Shown here: one piece after another, positions 1 to 11,343 of the stretch
Layout of the letters: each line of letters starts with the position of its first letter
How positions within the stretch are numbered: the first letter of the stretch is position 1
From: Flectonema sp. DT1601
Taxonomy: Eukaryota
Reading direction: 5' to 3'
DNA length: 64,000 nt
NCBI GenBank assembly: GCA_964019425.1
Contig: OZ025791.1
Location: 868,001 to 932,000, forward strand
Program-made: the position numbers and the translations under genes
Notes under the pieces: generated by a model
Databases searched by the model: none
The model's input: the letters and a program-made list of their open reading frames with translations, nothing else
What the model was told of the DNA's origin: nothing

Positions 1-1
1 A

Positions 2-2005
2 ATGAACCGTCAAGAACTTGGAACTTACTGCTCAAAAGTTCCATTATCATTTCCTCATGACCTACTTGTTGGAGAAACATTTAGTTATAATCAGCTTATG
101 GAATTACAGTTGTCGTACTCTAAAAAAATACTTTCAACTGTGTATGATCTCTTTGCGAAGTATTCTCCGAAGGGTCTCATGACGGCAGCGAATTTCGTTT
201 CTTATGGTGGAAGTAAAAAAGATTTCATGGGATTACTGGCTTCTGAGGGTCTTTTAAAGATCCAATACGAAGTTTTTTCAGTGAGAGAGTTCAGTTTGTA
301 CTATAATACGGTACAGCATAATAACGGTTTGATAAAAAATGAAATTTCTCAAGATATGAACCAACCATTGTGTTCATATATGATATCCGCAAGCAGTAAT
401 AGTTGGCTTGTATTGCGTGATGTTTTAACTGGTGATTCTTCAGTCGATCAGTTGCGCAAAATACTTCTCTCTGGTTGCAGACATATCGAATTAGAGTGTA
501 ACGATGGTCCTGAAGGAACTCCAATTGTCTGTCTGTCATGGACAAAAAACAAGTCTCTTCCTCTTGATAAATGTTTAGAAGTAATAAATCAGTATGCGTT
601 CACCTCATCTCCATATCCAATCATCTTATCTGTTGCTTTTCATTTCGGGTTGGAGAGTGACGGATGGGCTCAAATGCAAGCGACGTCAGCGTTGATTAAG
701 GGAACTTTTAAAGATAAATTAGCGTTGTGGGGAGACGACCGAGAACCTCCTGAACTTTTGAGTGCTACGCCTGAGAAATTAAAAAATAAAATAATTGTGT
801 TGTGTGAGAAACGACTTCAAGAAATCGGACCGATTGCTCGAAGCACAAAACTACGAGAATCTGGCAATGGACCCACTGATCTCGGACTAGGGTTGGTAAA
901 TGTAAAAAATAAACTAGGAGTCAAGGTAAAGACTGTACGAGAAGGCAGTATTGGCCACAAATCCGGCATCACCGAGGGCTCATTTATAGAGAAAATCGAC
1001 GGTTCAAACGGAACAGAAAAAATCTCAGTTGTTAACGATTTAATGAAAGCTCTTCTCGCCTACAGATCTGGAGATGACGTTAAACTGATGGTTGATCAAA
1101 GGTATCTCTCTGTGTGTATAGGAGGTTGTGAAACTCTTTGTAATGTAAAAAAAACTGAAGCTCAACTAACACTTCCTTTCGGATATGATTCTTCTGATGA
1201 GGAAAAACCAGAACCGGTTTTAAAAATGAAATATGATTCTTTATTTGCAAGAGAAAAACAAGGACACCGTTATAAACGGATACCAATATCTGAGGATCTG
1301 AGTAGTATGGCTTACATGAGAAGGGAGAGAGTTACTGCACCAGATTTAGACAACACGCTAGCATCTGTAGCACCTCCATGGTGGGATGTTGTTGTTGTTC
1401 CAGTGGATTTGGTAGACGCTGTTTGCATTGATGAGATACTTAAGACTGCATTGGTTTCAGTTATTCCTTCCAAAGACTCTCTATTGTCGGAGAATTATAA
1501 CCCTTATTGGTTGTGGGAAAGGGGAGTTCAGTTAACGTGTTTAAATCGTCATAATTTTGATTCTTTTTTTAGAATTCAACAGGCTCGTTTTAAAGAAAAT
1601 TCACAATCTGGTTACATATTAAAACAAACTGGTGACACAAAACCAGTCTGTGTTAATGTCGTGGTTCATTATGTTTATAACCCACCAGAGCAGTTATTGA
1701 AATCTAATGGACAAGAGAGAGCTTTTCAACTTTCAATTCGTCTATCATCCCAACGATTAGAAGATACTGATCGAACACCACCATCACCAGAATTATTATG
1801 GGAACACGAGAAGACAGTTCATGGTACAAACATGGCATTGGAAGTTTTACTTATTACGTTATTTGAGAATGATCAGATTGTGACTGAGTGTGCCGTCCCA
1901 GTAAATATGTTAAAAGAAGGAACTCATGCACTCGAACTCCAAGACCCATCGACGGGGGAAGCATTCCTCGGATCTTCAATCATGTGCACCATCGATTTTG
2001 AATAA
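2..2005 (+). CDS. Phosphoinositide phospholipase C-like protein (X box, PDZ-like insert, Y box, C2-like end); probably 5'-partial and catalytically degenerate
   Basis: QDMNQPLCSYMISASSNSWL, GCRHIELEC, VINQYAFTSSPYPIILS and PEKLKNKII match the PLC X box. SENYNP..LW..GVQL..LN and F..N..SGYILK match the Y box. LGLGL..GVKVKTVREGSIGHKSGITEGSFIEKIDG is PDZ-like. Confidence 0.85.
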   Translation: MNRQELGTYCSKVPLSFPHDLLVGETFSYNQLMELQLSYSKKILSTVYDLFAKYSPKGLMTAANFVSYGGSKKDFMGLLASEGLLKIQYEVFSVREFSLYYNTVQHNNGLIKNEISQDMNQPLCSYMISASSNSWLVLRDVLTGDSSVDQLRKILLSGCRHIELECNDGPEGTPIVCLSWTKNKSLPLDKCLEVINQYAFTSSPYPIILSVAFHFGLESDGWAQMQATSALIKGTFKDKLALWGDDREPPELLSATPEKLKNKIIVLCEKRLQEIGPIARSTKLRESGNGPTDLGLGLVNVKNKLGVKVKTVREGSIGHKSGITEGSFIEKIDGSNGTEKISVVNDLMKALLAYRSGDDVKLMVDQRYLSVCIGGCETLCNVKKTEAQLTLPFGYDSSDEEKPEPVLKMKYDSLFAREKQGHRYKRIPISEDLSSMAYMRRERVTAPDLDNTLASVAPPWWDVVVVPVDLVDAVCIDEILKTALVSVIPSKDSLLSENYNPYWLWERGVQLTCLNRHNFDSFFRIQQARFKENSQSGYILKQTGDTKPVCVNVVVHYVYNPPEQLLKSNGQERAFQLSIRLSSQRLEDTDRTPPSPELLWEHEKTVHGTNMALEVLLITLFENDQIVTECAVPVNMLKEGTHALELQDPSTGEAFLGSSIMCTIDFE

Positions 2006-2590
2006 CTTTAATTTCTAATTAATATTTACTTCACTTGATTGTCATGAATGCCGATTGACACAATTTGTCAATTCAAGTTAACACTTTTCTTTTTTTTTCT
2101 TCTTTCTTTTTTCCCCCAATCCTCAACAAAGTATTTGTAAGAGAGAAAAAAAATATTAGCCACCAGATTGCTTTTTTTATACTTATCGATACTTTCCGCA
2201 CTTCATATAAGGACTGCTGTTCGTACCTCGTCAGTATTTGAGGTACTTGTTGTGGTTGTTATGAGTCTTGCAGGCATCGAGTCTTAGCTCTTGAATTTAG
2301 AACTTATAATTAAGCATCATTTTATTATTGTTCTTGCCTCCGTCCAGCCATTTCTGCGGGTGGAATCAGACACTGTATTTTTATTCTTTTTTTTTTTTTT
2401 TTTTCTGTTTATTTTTTTTCCCTCCATCTCAGTCGTTTTTGGATTTATCTGTTGAAACAAAGTTGGAGATCTATTTACTTTCTACTGGGTGATAGAACGT
2501 GAGGAGAGGAGGGAGGGAGGGAATATTGTATAAGTAAGTAAGTTCTTTTGTGTTATTTTTTTTGAACCCCTTCTCTATTTTAAACTTTAG

Positions 2591-2820
2591 CCTTGGTTTC
2601 CCAAGGCGGACTAATTCAATTCATACCTGCACTCTTTCAGTAATTGCAATACGGAAAAGGAGACACGTGCAAATAAGTTAGAAACATTTATCATATTATG
2701 TAGAGTCTTTTACGACATTTTGCAACAGTGTTTTACCAATACGTAATTAAATATCTCACCGGGTTACTAATTATTTGTGTTAGTTAACTTTTGATACAAT
2801 ACGTGTGTATTTATATCATT
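2591..2820 (+). repeat. Dispersed intergenic repeat, copy A (~230-250 bp)
   Basis: Shares ordered blocks ttggtttccca, aagttagaaacattta and gatacaa..tgtattt with 31676-31922. Confidence 0.7.
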
Positions 2821-2959
2821 ATAAATATGCTCAAACCCCTTCTGTTTTAACGCATTTAAAAGGTATTGTAAAGAACGAAAAAGAATGTTGGTCAGCACAC
2901 GTAAACCTTCCTCCTTTAGCTTTATCAGTTTAGGTCGGTTCACGGTTTCGTGCGTGACC

Positions 2960-2996
<37 letters not shown>

Positions 2997-3560
2997 ATTT
3001 GAATTATTATTCGTAAAACTGTTTCTGCATAAAATCTTTTTTCGGCGCGCGCGCGGGAAGGTAAAAAAAAAAAAGAAACGAGAATCCTGTTTCACAACAA
3101 TGCCTCTTGGCAATCACAATCTGTACGGGCGATTCGATTTTCAGCTTTATAAAAACAGTTTGATTGAGTGAGAACTCAACTATAAGCCCGAAACCGCCTT
3201 GAAACATAGTTGTTCCGTGTCGGCCTTTCTTTTTTTAATTAAAATTTCAAGAAAAGTAAGTATTGACCAACTTGGATGCTGGTGCTTCCATACTCCCAAC
3301 TGTGTGGTACACTATAATAGGTTTTTTTTTTTTTGTTTTGTTTAAGCAACTTTGGGTAACAAATCTCAAGTATACATTCAGAGAGTCAAATTATTTTAAC
3401 TTCATCAGAATAATAAAATACTTCGTCACAAAGCTGCTCGTGGGATTGCCTAATTGAAATGAAAGATTCTTTTGTGTTTCTTTAAAGTACTTTTGTTTAC
3501 AGCAACTGATCGTGGGCAGTGGGGGTGGGTGGGCCACGAAAAAAAAACGAAACATCTAAA

Positions 3561-4806
3561 ATGTTCGACGACAGATGCCTCGATATGAAATTTGACTTCG
3601 AAGATGCGCTTCCTACGATAGCAGGAAAGGAAGTTGTAAAAAAGAATATTTGTTTTGATTTTCAAAGTGGGAGTTGTACCAGAGGCGACAAGTGTCCTTT
3701 CAAGCATACCATCACAACAAGAAGCAGAATGTTTGATGAGGTCTGCAAGTATTGGCTTCGTGGTTTATGCAAGAAAGGAAGTGAATGTGAGTTTCTTCAC
3801 GAATACCTCATTGAGAAGGTTCCAGAGTGTTTTTATTTCTCAAGATTTGGAGAATGTCAAAATCCCGAATGTGTATTTAAACATCCTACTTTCGATGGTA
3901 AAGTACCCGAGTGCATGGCATACGTGAGAGGGTTCTGCAAATACGGCCCTGAATGTCAGCTAAAACACACTCGTAAAGAAGCTTGTCCGAATTTCATGGC
4001 TGGCCTATGCATTGATGGTCCAAAATGTAAAATGGGTCACCCAATTCTCAAGTTCATGACTAAAGACGATATAGACAGGAAACTATCAGCCTACCGCAAA
4101 CGCATAGAAAGCACTGGTGGTCCAATTTGCCACAAGTGTGGAGAACCAGGTCATATTGCTCCACAGTGCCAGGGAGCTCAACATGCTGTTCAGAAATTAA
4201 TTGATGAATGGACCCTTCAAGGTAAAGAACCAGAAGGAAAGGGATGCTACCACTGTAATACAGAAGATCACGGATCAGCTGACTGTCCTAAGAAACGTCA
4301 ACAGTACATGAGACACAGAGTTGGAACTACAAACGCAAGAGGTGACTTACCAGAGGAAGACAGACACCGTACTAGATGCTATCGTTGTGGTGAAGAAGGA
4401 CACATTAGTAGAGACTGTCCCCTTGCAATGGCTGAGAAGGGTGGCAACAACAGGGAGAGAGACTTCAACAGAGGTGCTGCTGCTGCTGCTATTCCTGCTC
4501 CAGGAGGATGGAATAATACAAACTTGCCTGCTCCACGAGATGAGCGAGAACGCCCTGCGTACACCAGCTCTGATCCTTCTCGTGATCGAGGTTGGGGAGA
4601 GCGTGATCCAAATATAGCACTTTATGCCCAGTATCAACAACCACAACAGGTATTTACTTTTGATAAATTATCCTTGTATTTAATAAACTTTATAAATTAT
4701 TAATAAAAAAACAACACAAAAACAGCCTCCTGCTGCACCGATTGCTCCAGCAGCTCCACAGTACGCACAACCCAAACCGGCATACAGCTTCGCACCAGCT
4801 CAGTAG
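3561..4806 (+). CDS. CPSF30: CPSF30/YTH1 cleavage and polyadenylation factor; exons 3561-4649, 4726-4806
   Basis: Five CCCH fingers including VCKYWLRGLCKKG.CEFLHEY and PECFYFSRFGECQNPECVFKH, plus three CCHC knuckles. Phase-0 GT..AG intron 4650-4725 adds a P/A-rich last exon. Confidence 0.9.
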
Positions 4807-5355
4807 GGATGTCAATGTTTTGATATATCAGTTTTCTACTTATGTGATGTCACAGTACGCTGGGATAGACTTAATCATAGGCACAACAAAACTCTGGCTA
4901 TAGAACAGTGGTATATTACATCGCACCTCATTTCTTATTTGGTTAAGTTAATCTTAACCGTTTTGTAACACATTGCGTGAGAGGTGTGTTATGTTATCTT
5001 CATCGAGGGTTAACAATTTAATATAGTCAGTGTGTCTTCAGTCCTTTTTTAAGTGTCAAAAAAGATTTCTTTTTTGTTATGGAAGTTACCGATTCGGTTT
5101 CCTTAAAAACCACACAGCAGTAAAGGACAAAAGGATAACTGCAATGGATTGTCTCACTTTTTTTTTTCCCCCCCTTCCAAACCAGTTATCAAGAACTTCA
5201 ATGGGATAAATAGTACTCTGGCTATAGAACAATTGGTGTATTCTTGATGAGACGTCGTCTTTTCTTAACCGAGAGTCTGTCATCAGAAATATTTTGTTTT
5301 CTCGTGAATTTAAATTTTATATTTTAAAAGACACCATTTACAATATAATTATAAA

Positions 5356-7884
5356 ATGGCCCCCGAAGTGGATACAAAAAAACGACGAACTGGTGGTCGA
5401 ATCCGAACCCGAAATGCCAAAAGAGAACACAACATGAGAGAGCTACTTGAGAGGGTAGAAGAAGAAGATCTCAATCAGCAACTTATTAAAATAAATAAAA
5501 TAAAATTAGACCTTAAAAGAGCAGAGGAAATGCTAACCAGAATGGACCAAGCCTATAATAAAAGACTTGAAGAAGAAGAAGAAAAACGTCAACAAGAGGC
5601 TGCAAGACTTGCTGCGATGCCAATCATACCTCCAGTGCTACCATTTTATTCTGACTGGGCAGCTACTGATACTGAAGATGAATATATTTGTCAGGCTGCT
5701 ATAAATGAACACACGACAATGCCAAATTCAGATGACGAATCTGATAACATTCGTCCATTAGAGCCACAGGATCCTCTCGGACCAATCACTATTGGATTAG
5801 TTGGTCACGTTGCTCACGGTAAGTCTTCTCTTATTAAGATGCTCACAGGTAAATCAACAATGCAATTCAGAGCTGAGCGTTTAGCAAACGCTACTATGAA
5901 ATTAGGATACGCAGACGCGGTTCTTTATCGATCATTACACAGCACACGCGGACATAGAAGATACTACATGACTAGTGGTTCTCAACCAGTTATTGATCCT
6001 GTTCATCCTGATACAGGTGAGAAGTGTGAGTTTGTAAGAAAAGTATCATTCCTAGACTGTCCTGGTCACGAAAAGTATGCTGAAACAATGCTTTGTGGTG
6101 CAATCGTAATGGACGCTGCTATTGTAGTAGCAGCTGCGAATGAAGAGTTTCCCCAACCACAGACACTCGAACACCTCGATATCTTAAGAGAATACGGCAT
6201 CCCATCTGAGAATGTTGTAGTCGCTCATAATAAAGTTGACTTAGTTGGTGGTGCTGCAGTTAATCAACTTTCTGCTATAAGAAAATATGTAGGACCGAGT
6301 GCTGCAATTATCCCTTGTTCTGCTGTTCAAAGTGCTAACAGAGAAGCCATTGTCAGCGCCTTAGCTGCGATTGCCTGTCCAGAGAGAGACATGAACATCT
6401 CAACACCACCAGTGGTAAGAGTTATTCGTTCATTTAATATAAACAGAAGAACTGGTCAAGGAAGACGTAAAGATGAAATACTCGGAGGAGTACTCGGTGG
6501 TAGTGTTGTTAGTGGTCAACTGAGAGTTGGTCAAAAGATAACATTATACCCAGCAATGTTGACTGCTACTGTTCATTCTCTAATTGCTGATGGTACCCCA
6601 ACGAATACTGCTATACCAGGGGAACTCATAGGAATTGGTACTGACTTACACCCTGACCTTGCACAAGCAGATAGACTAGTTGGACAAGTTATAGGAACAA
6701 TCGACAACACTGTTGAGATGTTTTATAAAAGCGTTCATCTTACATCCGTTGACAGACGCGTTCGAGATGGCAGAAAATCATCAAAATTAAAATGCAATGA
6801 AGAAGTTAGACTAACAGTTGGCGCTACTCACGTCTCTGGTACTGTTTTATCCAGTAAGACCTCAGCAGGAACTGCACATATAGAAGTAAATAATGCTATA
6901 TGTACAACGTTTAATCAAAGGGTTATTATTTCTAGAAGGGATGGACATAGTTTTAAAATTGTTGCATCTGGTCTCGTCCGAACGGAGTCTCATCAAAAAG
7001 ATTTACAGAAATTATACAACGGACAGCAATCGAGTGATCAAACACTTGAGGAATTCTATAGCTCGTTAAAAAAGAAAAGCAAGTGCGTCGAAGCAAGAGA
7101 ACGAGGAAGGAGGATTAGAAGAACTGCAGTTGCAGCTGCGGCAGTTGAAGTCACGAAATCTCTTTCTGAAGCAGCTCGTAGACTTGATAATGTTGATGAC
7201 GACGCAACAAGTGTTGAGGAAGAACCTGTTGTAGAAAAGATAGAAGAGATTCAACCTGGATGGTCTGACGCCTCTGATACGTCTGTTCGAAAACTTAAGA
7301 AAAAGACTAAAAAGAAGAGACGCAAGAAGGCAAACCCTGAACCAAAAACCGAACGTACTGAAGAAGACCAGGAGCTTGATCGAAACATTGGAAACAGCGA
7401 CGCGCAATACGCACGAATGCTTTACTCTGCTCTTGGTAGTGTTAATTTAACAATTCAAGAAAAGTCTAATCTAAAGTTCAAAGTTCCCGCTCCCGCCATC
7501 ATCAAACTTACTCGCCATTGCGTTGGAGTTTCTAACTTTCCTCAAATTGTAAATATGATCAACAGACCTGCTGAACATTTAAAGAATTTTATCGCTACTG
7601 AACTCGGTATCAAAGCAAGCATTGACCAACAGGGTTGCCTACTACTTAGTAGACTCTCAAAGACATCTTCTGTACAAGTTGCTCTTCGGAAGTACGTCTG
7701 GATGTTTGTTGTCTGTAAAATGTGTAACAGCGGTACAGCAGTTCACAAGACTGATGGAATGACGGAGCTATTCTGCCAGAAATGTCATGCAACTAGAAAT
7801 GTTAACTTCAACCAAGTCTCTCTCTTTACAGCTGCTACCAAAAGGGAACGAAAGGTTGCTAGACAACAGGCTGTGGAAGCATAA
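5356..7884 (+). CDS. eIF2gamma-like GTPase fused to a C-terminal eIF2beta-like domain
   Basis: GHVAHGKS, TMKLGYA, RKVSFLDCPGHE, FPQPQTLEHL, NKVD and VIRSFNIN..GGVLGGS are eIF2gamma motifs. These are followed by a Lys box, YARML, NFPQIVNMINRPAEHLKNFIATELG and CKMC..CQKC (eIF2beta/eIF5 domain). Confidence 0.9.
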   Translation: MAPEVDTKKRRTGGRIRTRNAKREHNMRELLERVEEEDLNQQLIKINKIKLDLKRAEEMLTRMDQAYNKRLEEEEEKRQQEAARLAAMPIIPPVLPFYSDWAATDTEDEYICQAAINEHTTMPNSDDESDNIRPLEPQDPLGPITIGLVGHVAHGKSSLIKMLTGKSTMQFRAERLANATMKLGYADAVLYRSLHSTRGHRRYYMTSGSQPVIDPVHPDTGEKCEFVRKVSFLDCPGHEKYAETMLCGAIVMDAAIVVAAANEEFPQPQTLEHLDILREYGIPSENVVVAHNKVDLVGGAAVNQLSAIRKYVGPSAAIIPCSAVQSANREAIVSALAAIACPERDMNISTPPVVRVIRSFNINRRTGQGRRKDEILGGVLGGSVVSGQLRVGQKITLYPAMLTATVHSLIADGTPTNTAIPGELIGIGTDLHPDLAQADRLVGQVIGTIDNTVEMFYKSVHLTSVDRRVRDGRKSSKLKCNEEVRLTVGATHVSGTVLSSKTSAGTAHIEVNNAICTTFNQRVIISRRDGHSFKIVASGLVRTESHQKDLQKLYNGQQSSDQTLEEFYSSLKKKSKCVEARERGRRIRRTAVAAAAVEVTKSLSEAARRLDNVDDDATSVEEEPVVEKIEEIQPGWSDASDTSVRKLKKKTKKKRRKKANPEPKTERTEEDQELDRNIGNSDAQYARMLYSALGSVNLTIQEKSNLKFKVPAPAIIKLTRHCVGVSNFPQIVNMINRPAEHLKNFIATELGIKASIDQQGCLLLSRLSKTSSVQVALRKYVWMFVVCKMCNSGTAVHKTDGMTELFCQKCHATRNVNFNQVSLFTAATKRERKVARQQAVEA

Positions 7885-8725
7885 GTACCCGGTTTTTTCC
7901 CCCTTTTTTAAAAAATGTATTTTTTTTTTTTTTATTGCTAACCTTAAATGACTTCACCAATCATGTACTTTGTGGTTATTCAACCTTTCTGTCGATAGTC
8001 ACAAATATCTTACTATCCTTTTGTGGCTATCAACATCCTCGACGAGGATTGTTTTATGAAAGGTCTTCACCATTACTGCGATTGATTGAGTTGACTGTTT
8101 TATTTATTTATGATAACTGACCTGTCTTTTTATAGACTAATACTGACCTTGATGTGATTGCCTTGACTTGGGGGAAGAAAAAAAAAAAAAAAAAAAAACG
8201 TACTATTCGTGGAGAAAATACGACTCCAGTTAAATAAAAGAGAATAGAAACAGCTTGTCATAGTGATGGCAGTCTTCCGTTGGTGTAGGAAGATGTAGTG
8301 CAGTGGTCCTTTACTTCAACGTTAATTGCGCGCATAGCGGCACCAGTGCCAGTCAAGCGAATCCGCATTAATCGTATTCTCTGGGCAGAAGTTAACTTCT
8401 TGCTGCTTAGTCAACGCTTTCATACACTAACGAGTTTCTCGACGTTATTATAAGTCAGTAAAAAAAAAAAAAAAAAAAAAAACTGCCTCGCAGCTGGCCT
8501 ATTGCCGCTCGGCATTTCGTCCCTTTTTTCAGGCTTTTTGGGAAAAAAAAAAAAAAAAAAAAAGCGATCGTCATCTTACTTCAACATGTTTACGTCAAGT
8601 GCATTCCTTTCAGAGAACAGGTCATTCTAAAGAAAGGAAACGAAAGACTGGTGAGAATAATATTGAGAAGGTCGTTTGTTACAATTTCTCATTTTTCTTC
8701 AGGGAAGAAGCCGGTGGTTTGTAAA

Positions 8726-10048
8726 ATGCTTCGAACGACTACCATAAAATACTGCCGCCCTATGTGGAGTACAGGTGATTTTGATCAAAGAAAACCACCA
8801 CTGGCTGACCAAGATGTCGATCATGCCTTTTCACTTAGCAATATAACCCAAGGCAAGTTTATTACTACAGTACCAGGACAGAGTGCTCATGCAGCAGCTT
8901 GGGGGATGGCTGCGACTACTCTGGATATCCCTGTTGTAAATCATAATCAGGTTTGTTGCTGTTTGTTTTTTAAAGTGTGAGTAAAAAAGTAAAAAAGTGA
9001 AGTTATTCCAATTATTTTTTTTAGAATCTGTTTATGCTGTCTGGTGTTCAACAAAAGACATAAAAAACAGGCTCAAATAAATGAACAGACACATCTCAAC
9101 GAATCAGTTGCCAATCATTATCAAATATTCGACAGTCCTATGGAGGAGGGTGTGGCTGGTGTTTGGAATTTTCCATATTTCTTTAATCAAGAAGAACAAA
9201 AAAAGGTTCAAGAAGAGTTGAGTCCCCGTTTTCGAGATCCAAACTACAGCGTCCAAGTAAAGAATACTTTCACACTTATGAAGAATAGCAGATTCGTTGA
9301 CGGGACAGGAACAGATGATTCCGTTAGAAATAGTTCTTTACGTCATGGATGGGTTGAGAGAAATCATCCCGCGATATCTCATGTTGGAAGGAGGAATTTA
9401 GTTCACGTGTCAGAAAGGAATTGTGAAGCGAGAAAAAAAAATTTCTTAACATTTGAAAATCTCCCTGCTATCAGAAACATGCGAGACAAAGTGTGGACAC
9501 ATTTCTCATCACCAAGACCAGCAACACGTTCATGGAAGGGACAATCTCCTCAAGAGTGGTTTCCAGTCTTGGACAGAAAACCTAATTTGGTACGGTGTTC
9601 CGAGTGGATGGAACACACTTCAGGAATGAATTCACATATAAAACCACCGTCATTTGGTAATTATATTTGTATTGTTAACTTATTCACTTATGGATTATTA
9701 CAACTATGTCATCCCGATCATCAGTTTCATAAAGAGACTGAGTACTACGACACTAGTCGAAATATAGAAATTCCTGATGGTCATTTACCCGCTACTAAGA
9801 TTGTGTTACTTCCTGGTTCATTAACTATTTTAAAATATGATGGGAGGTGGTTAATACCATATGGATATTCCTATGAACAAGATCAAATATATAGAGGATC
9901 TACCTTCCCGAAAGACTACCGAGTCTCTCTAATGTTTTCTCACTTCTCAAAAACAAACCCTGGAATGAATTCAGAGGAACCTATAATGAAGTACGATTCA
10001 TGTCCTGACAACGGTCTTCCAGACCCTTCTCTTGCTGGTAAATCATAA
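8726..10048 (+). CDS. AlkB-like 2OG-Fe(II) dioxygenase-fold protein, possibly mitochondrial; exons 8726-8950, 9071-10048
   Basis: Phase-0 intron 8951-9070 joins two ORFs. PNLVRCSEW..HIKPPSFG, LLPGSLTILKYDGRW and RVSLMF resemble the AlkB strand pattern. Confidence 0.55.
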
Positions 10049-10212
10049 AAAACATTTATTATTGTATTATGCGGGTTTAGAATACCTGCTCCTCTCTATT
10101 TATTGCATCCTTCAATTAACGTGGGAAAACATTGTAAACTTTTAGTAGAGGGTTAGATAACAAGACATCTTTTCCTTCTTATTCTTCAGTAATTTCAAAA
10201 GAAAAAAACAAA

Positions 10213-11343
10213 ATGCATCGTAACCTTATCCGCAATAGGATTTCATTGATAAAACAGAAGCGTTTCTGTAGTTCGTATGATAAGACATTCGAGTCAGTTC
10301 AGGACTACTATGGAAAGGTTCTTTCAACAAACAATGACTTAAAGACTACTGCGTGTACAGCTTTTGATCGACCACATCCAGTGATTTTAGAAAGTATAAA
10401 AAAGATTCCAGATGCAGTCACTGAAAAGTTCTACGGTTGTGGCACTCCTCTACCGTTAGGTATAAAAGATCTCACGATTTTAGATTTAGGAAGTGGTTCT
10501 GGTAGAGATGCTTATATCGCATCTGACTTAGTTGGTAAGAACGGAAGCGTTGTCGGCATCGATATGACAGAAGAACAGTTATCAGTAGCAACTGATAATG
10601 CTGATGAGTTCTGTACTAAGACTCTGGGATATCCTTCTTCAAACATGACTTTTAAAAAAGGTTTTATCGAATACCTCGACAAGGCTGGTATTGCTGATTC
10701 CTCCATTGACATGATCATATCAAACTGTGTTCAGAACTTATCACCTGATAAACCTCGTGTTATATCTGAAGCCTATAGGGTCTTAAAAGATGGAGGTGAG
10801 TTTCACTTTTCCGACGTCTATGCCGACAGAAGACTTCCAACTGCTGTCACATCAAACGAAGTACTTTGGGGAGAGTGTATCGCAGGAGCCATGTACATCG
10901 AAGACTTCGTTAGAGAAGTTCAGAAGGCAGGGTTTGATGATCCTCGTGTATTAGCTGCTACTGAGATTGTTGTTCAGGATCCAGAACTTCGTGAGATTTG
11001 TGGAGAAGCGAAGTTTTACTCAATCACTTACAGATTATTTAAGCTTCCTGGAATGCTTGAAACAAAGTGTGAAGACTATGGTCAGTTTGCTGTCTACAAG
11101 GGTACTATTCCTGGATACCCAAACTCTTTCACACTTGATGATCATCATAAGTTAGAAACAAACAAACCATTTTTAGTCTGCGGTAATACTGCTGCGATGT
11201 TAGGAGAGAATGGAGTTAGTTGGTTATCACCACACTTTACTATTCATGGTGATCGTAGTAATCATTATGGATTATTCGATTGTGGTCCTTCACCTGTAAC
11301 TACATCAACTGTTGCAGCTCCTGCTGGAGGAGCATGTTGTTAG
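10213..11343 (+). CDS. AS3MT: Arsenite methyltransferase (AS3MT/ArsM family)
   Basis: VQDYYGKVL..DLKTTAC, KFYGCG, ILDLGSGSGRD, VVGIDMT, IISNCV.NLSPDK, LWGECIAGA, CEDYGQ, VCGNTA and a C-terminal CC. Confidence 0.95.
   Translation: MHRNLIRNRISLIKQKRFCSSYDKTFESVQDYYGKVLSTNNDLKTTACTAFDRPHPVILESIKKIPDAVTEKFYGCGTPLPLGIKDLTILDLGSGSGRDAYIASDLVGKNGSVVGIDMTEEQLSVATDNADEFCTKTLGYPSSNMTFKKGFIEYLDKAGIADSSIDMIISNCVQNLSPDKPRVISEAYRVLKDGGEFHFSDVYADRRLPTAVTSNEVLWGECIAGAMYIEDFVREVQKAGFDDPRVLAATEIVVQDPELREICGEAKFYSITYRLFKLPGMLETKCEDYGQFAVYKGTIPGYPNSFTLDDHHKLETNKPFLVCGNTAAMLGENGVSWLSPHFTIHGDRSNHYGLFDCGPSPVTTSTVAAPAGGACC

Noticed and set aside
3041..3056. ttcggcgcg motif (also near 62256) as a promoter element
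   Set aside because: Only two short occurrences; cannot be separated from chance.
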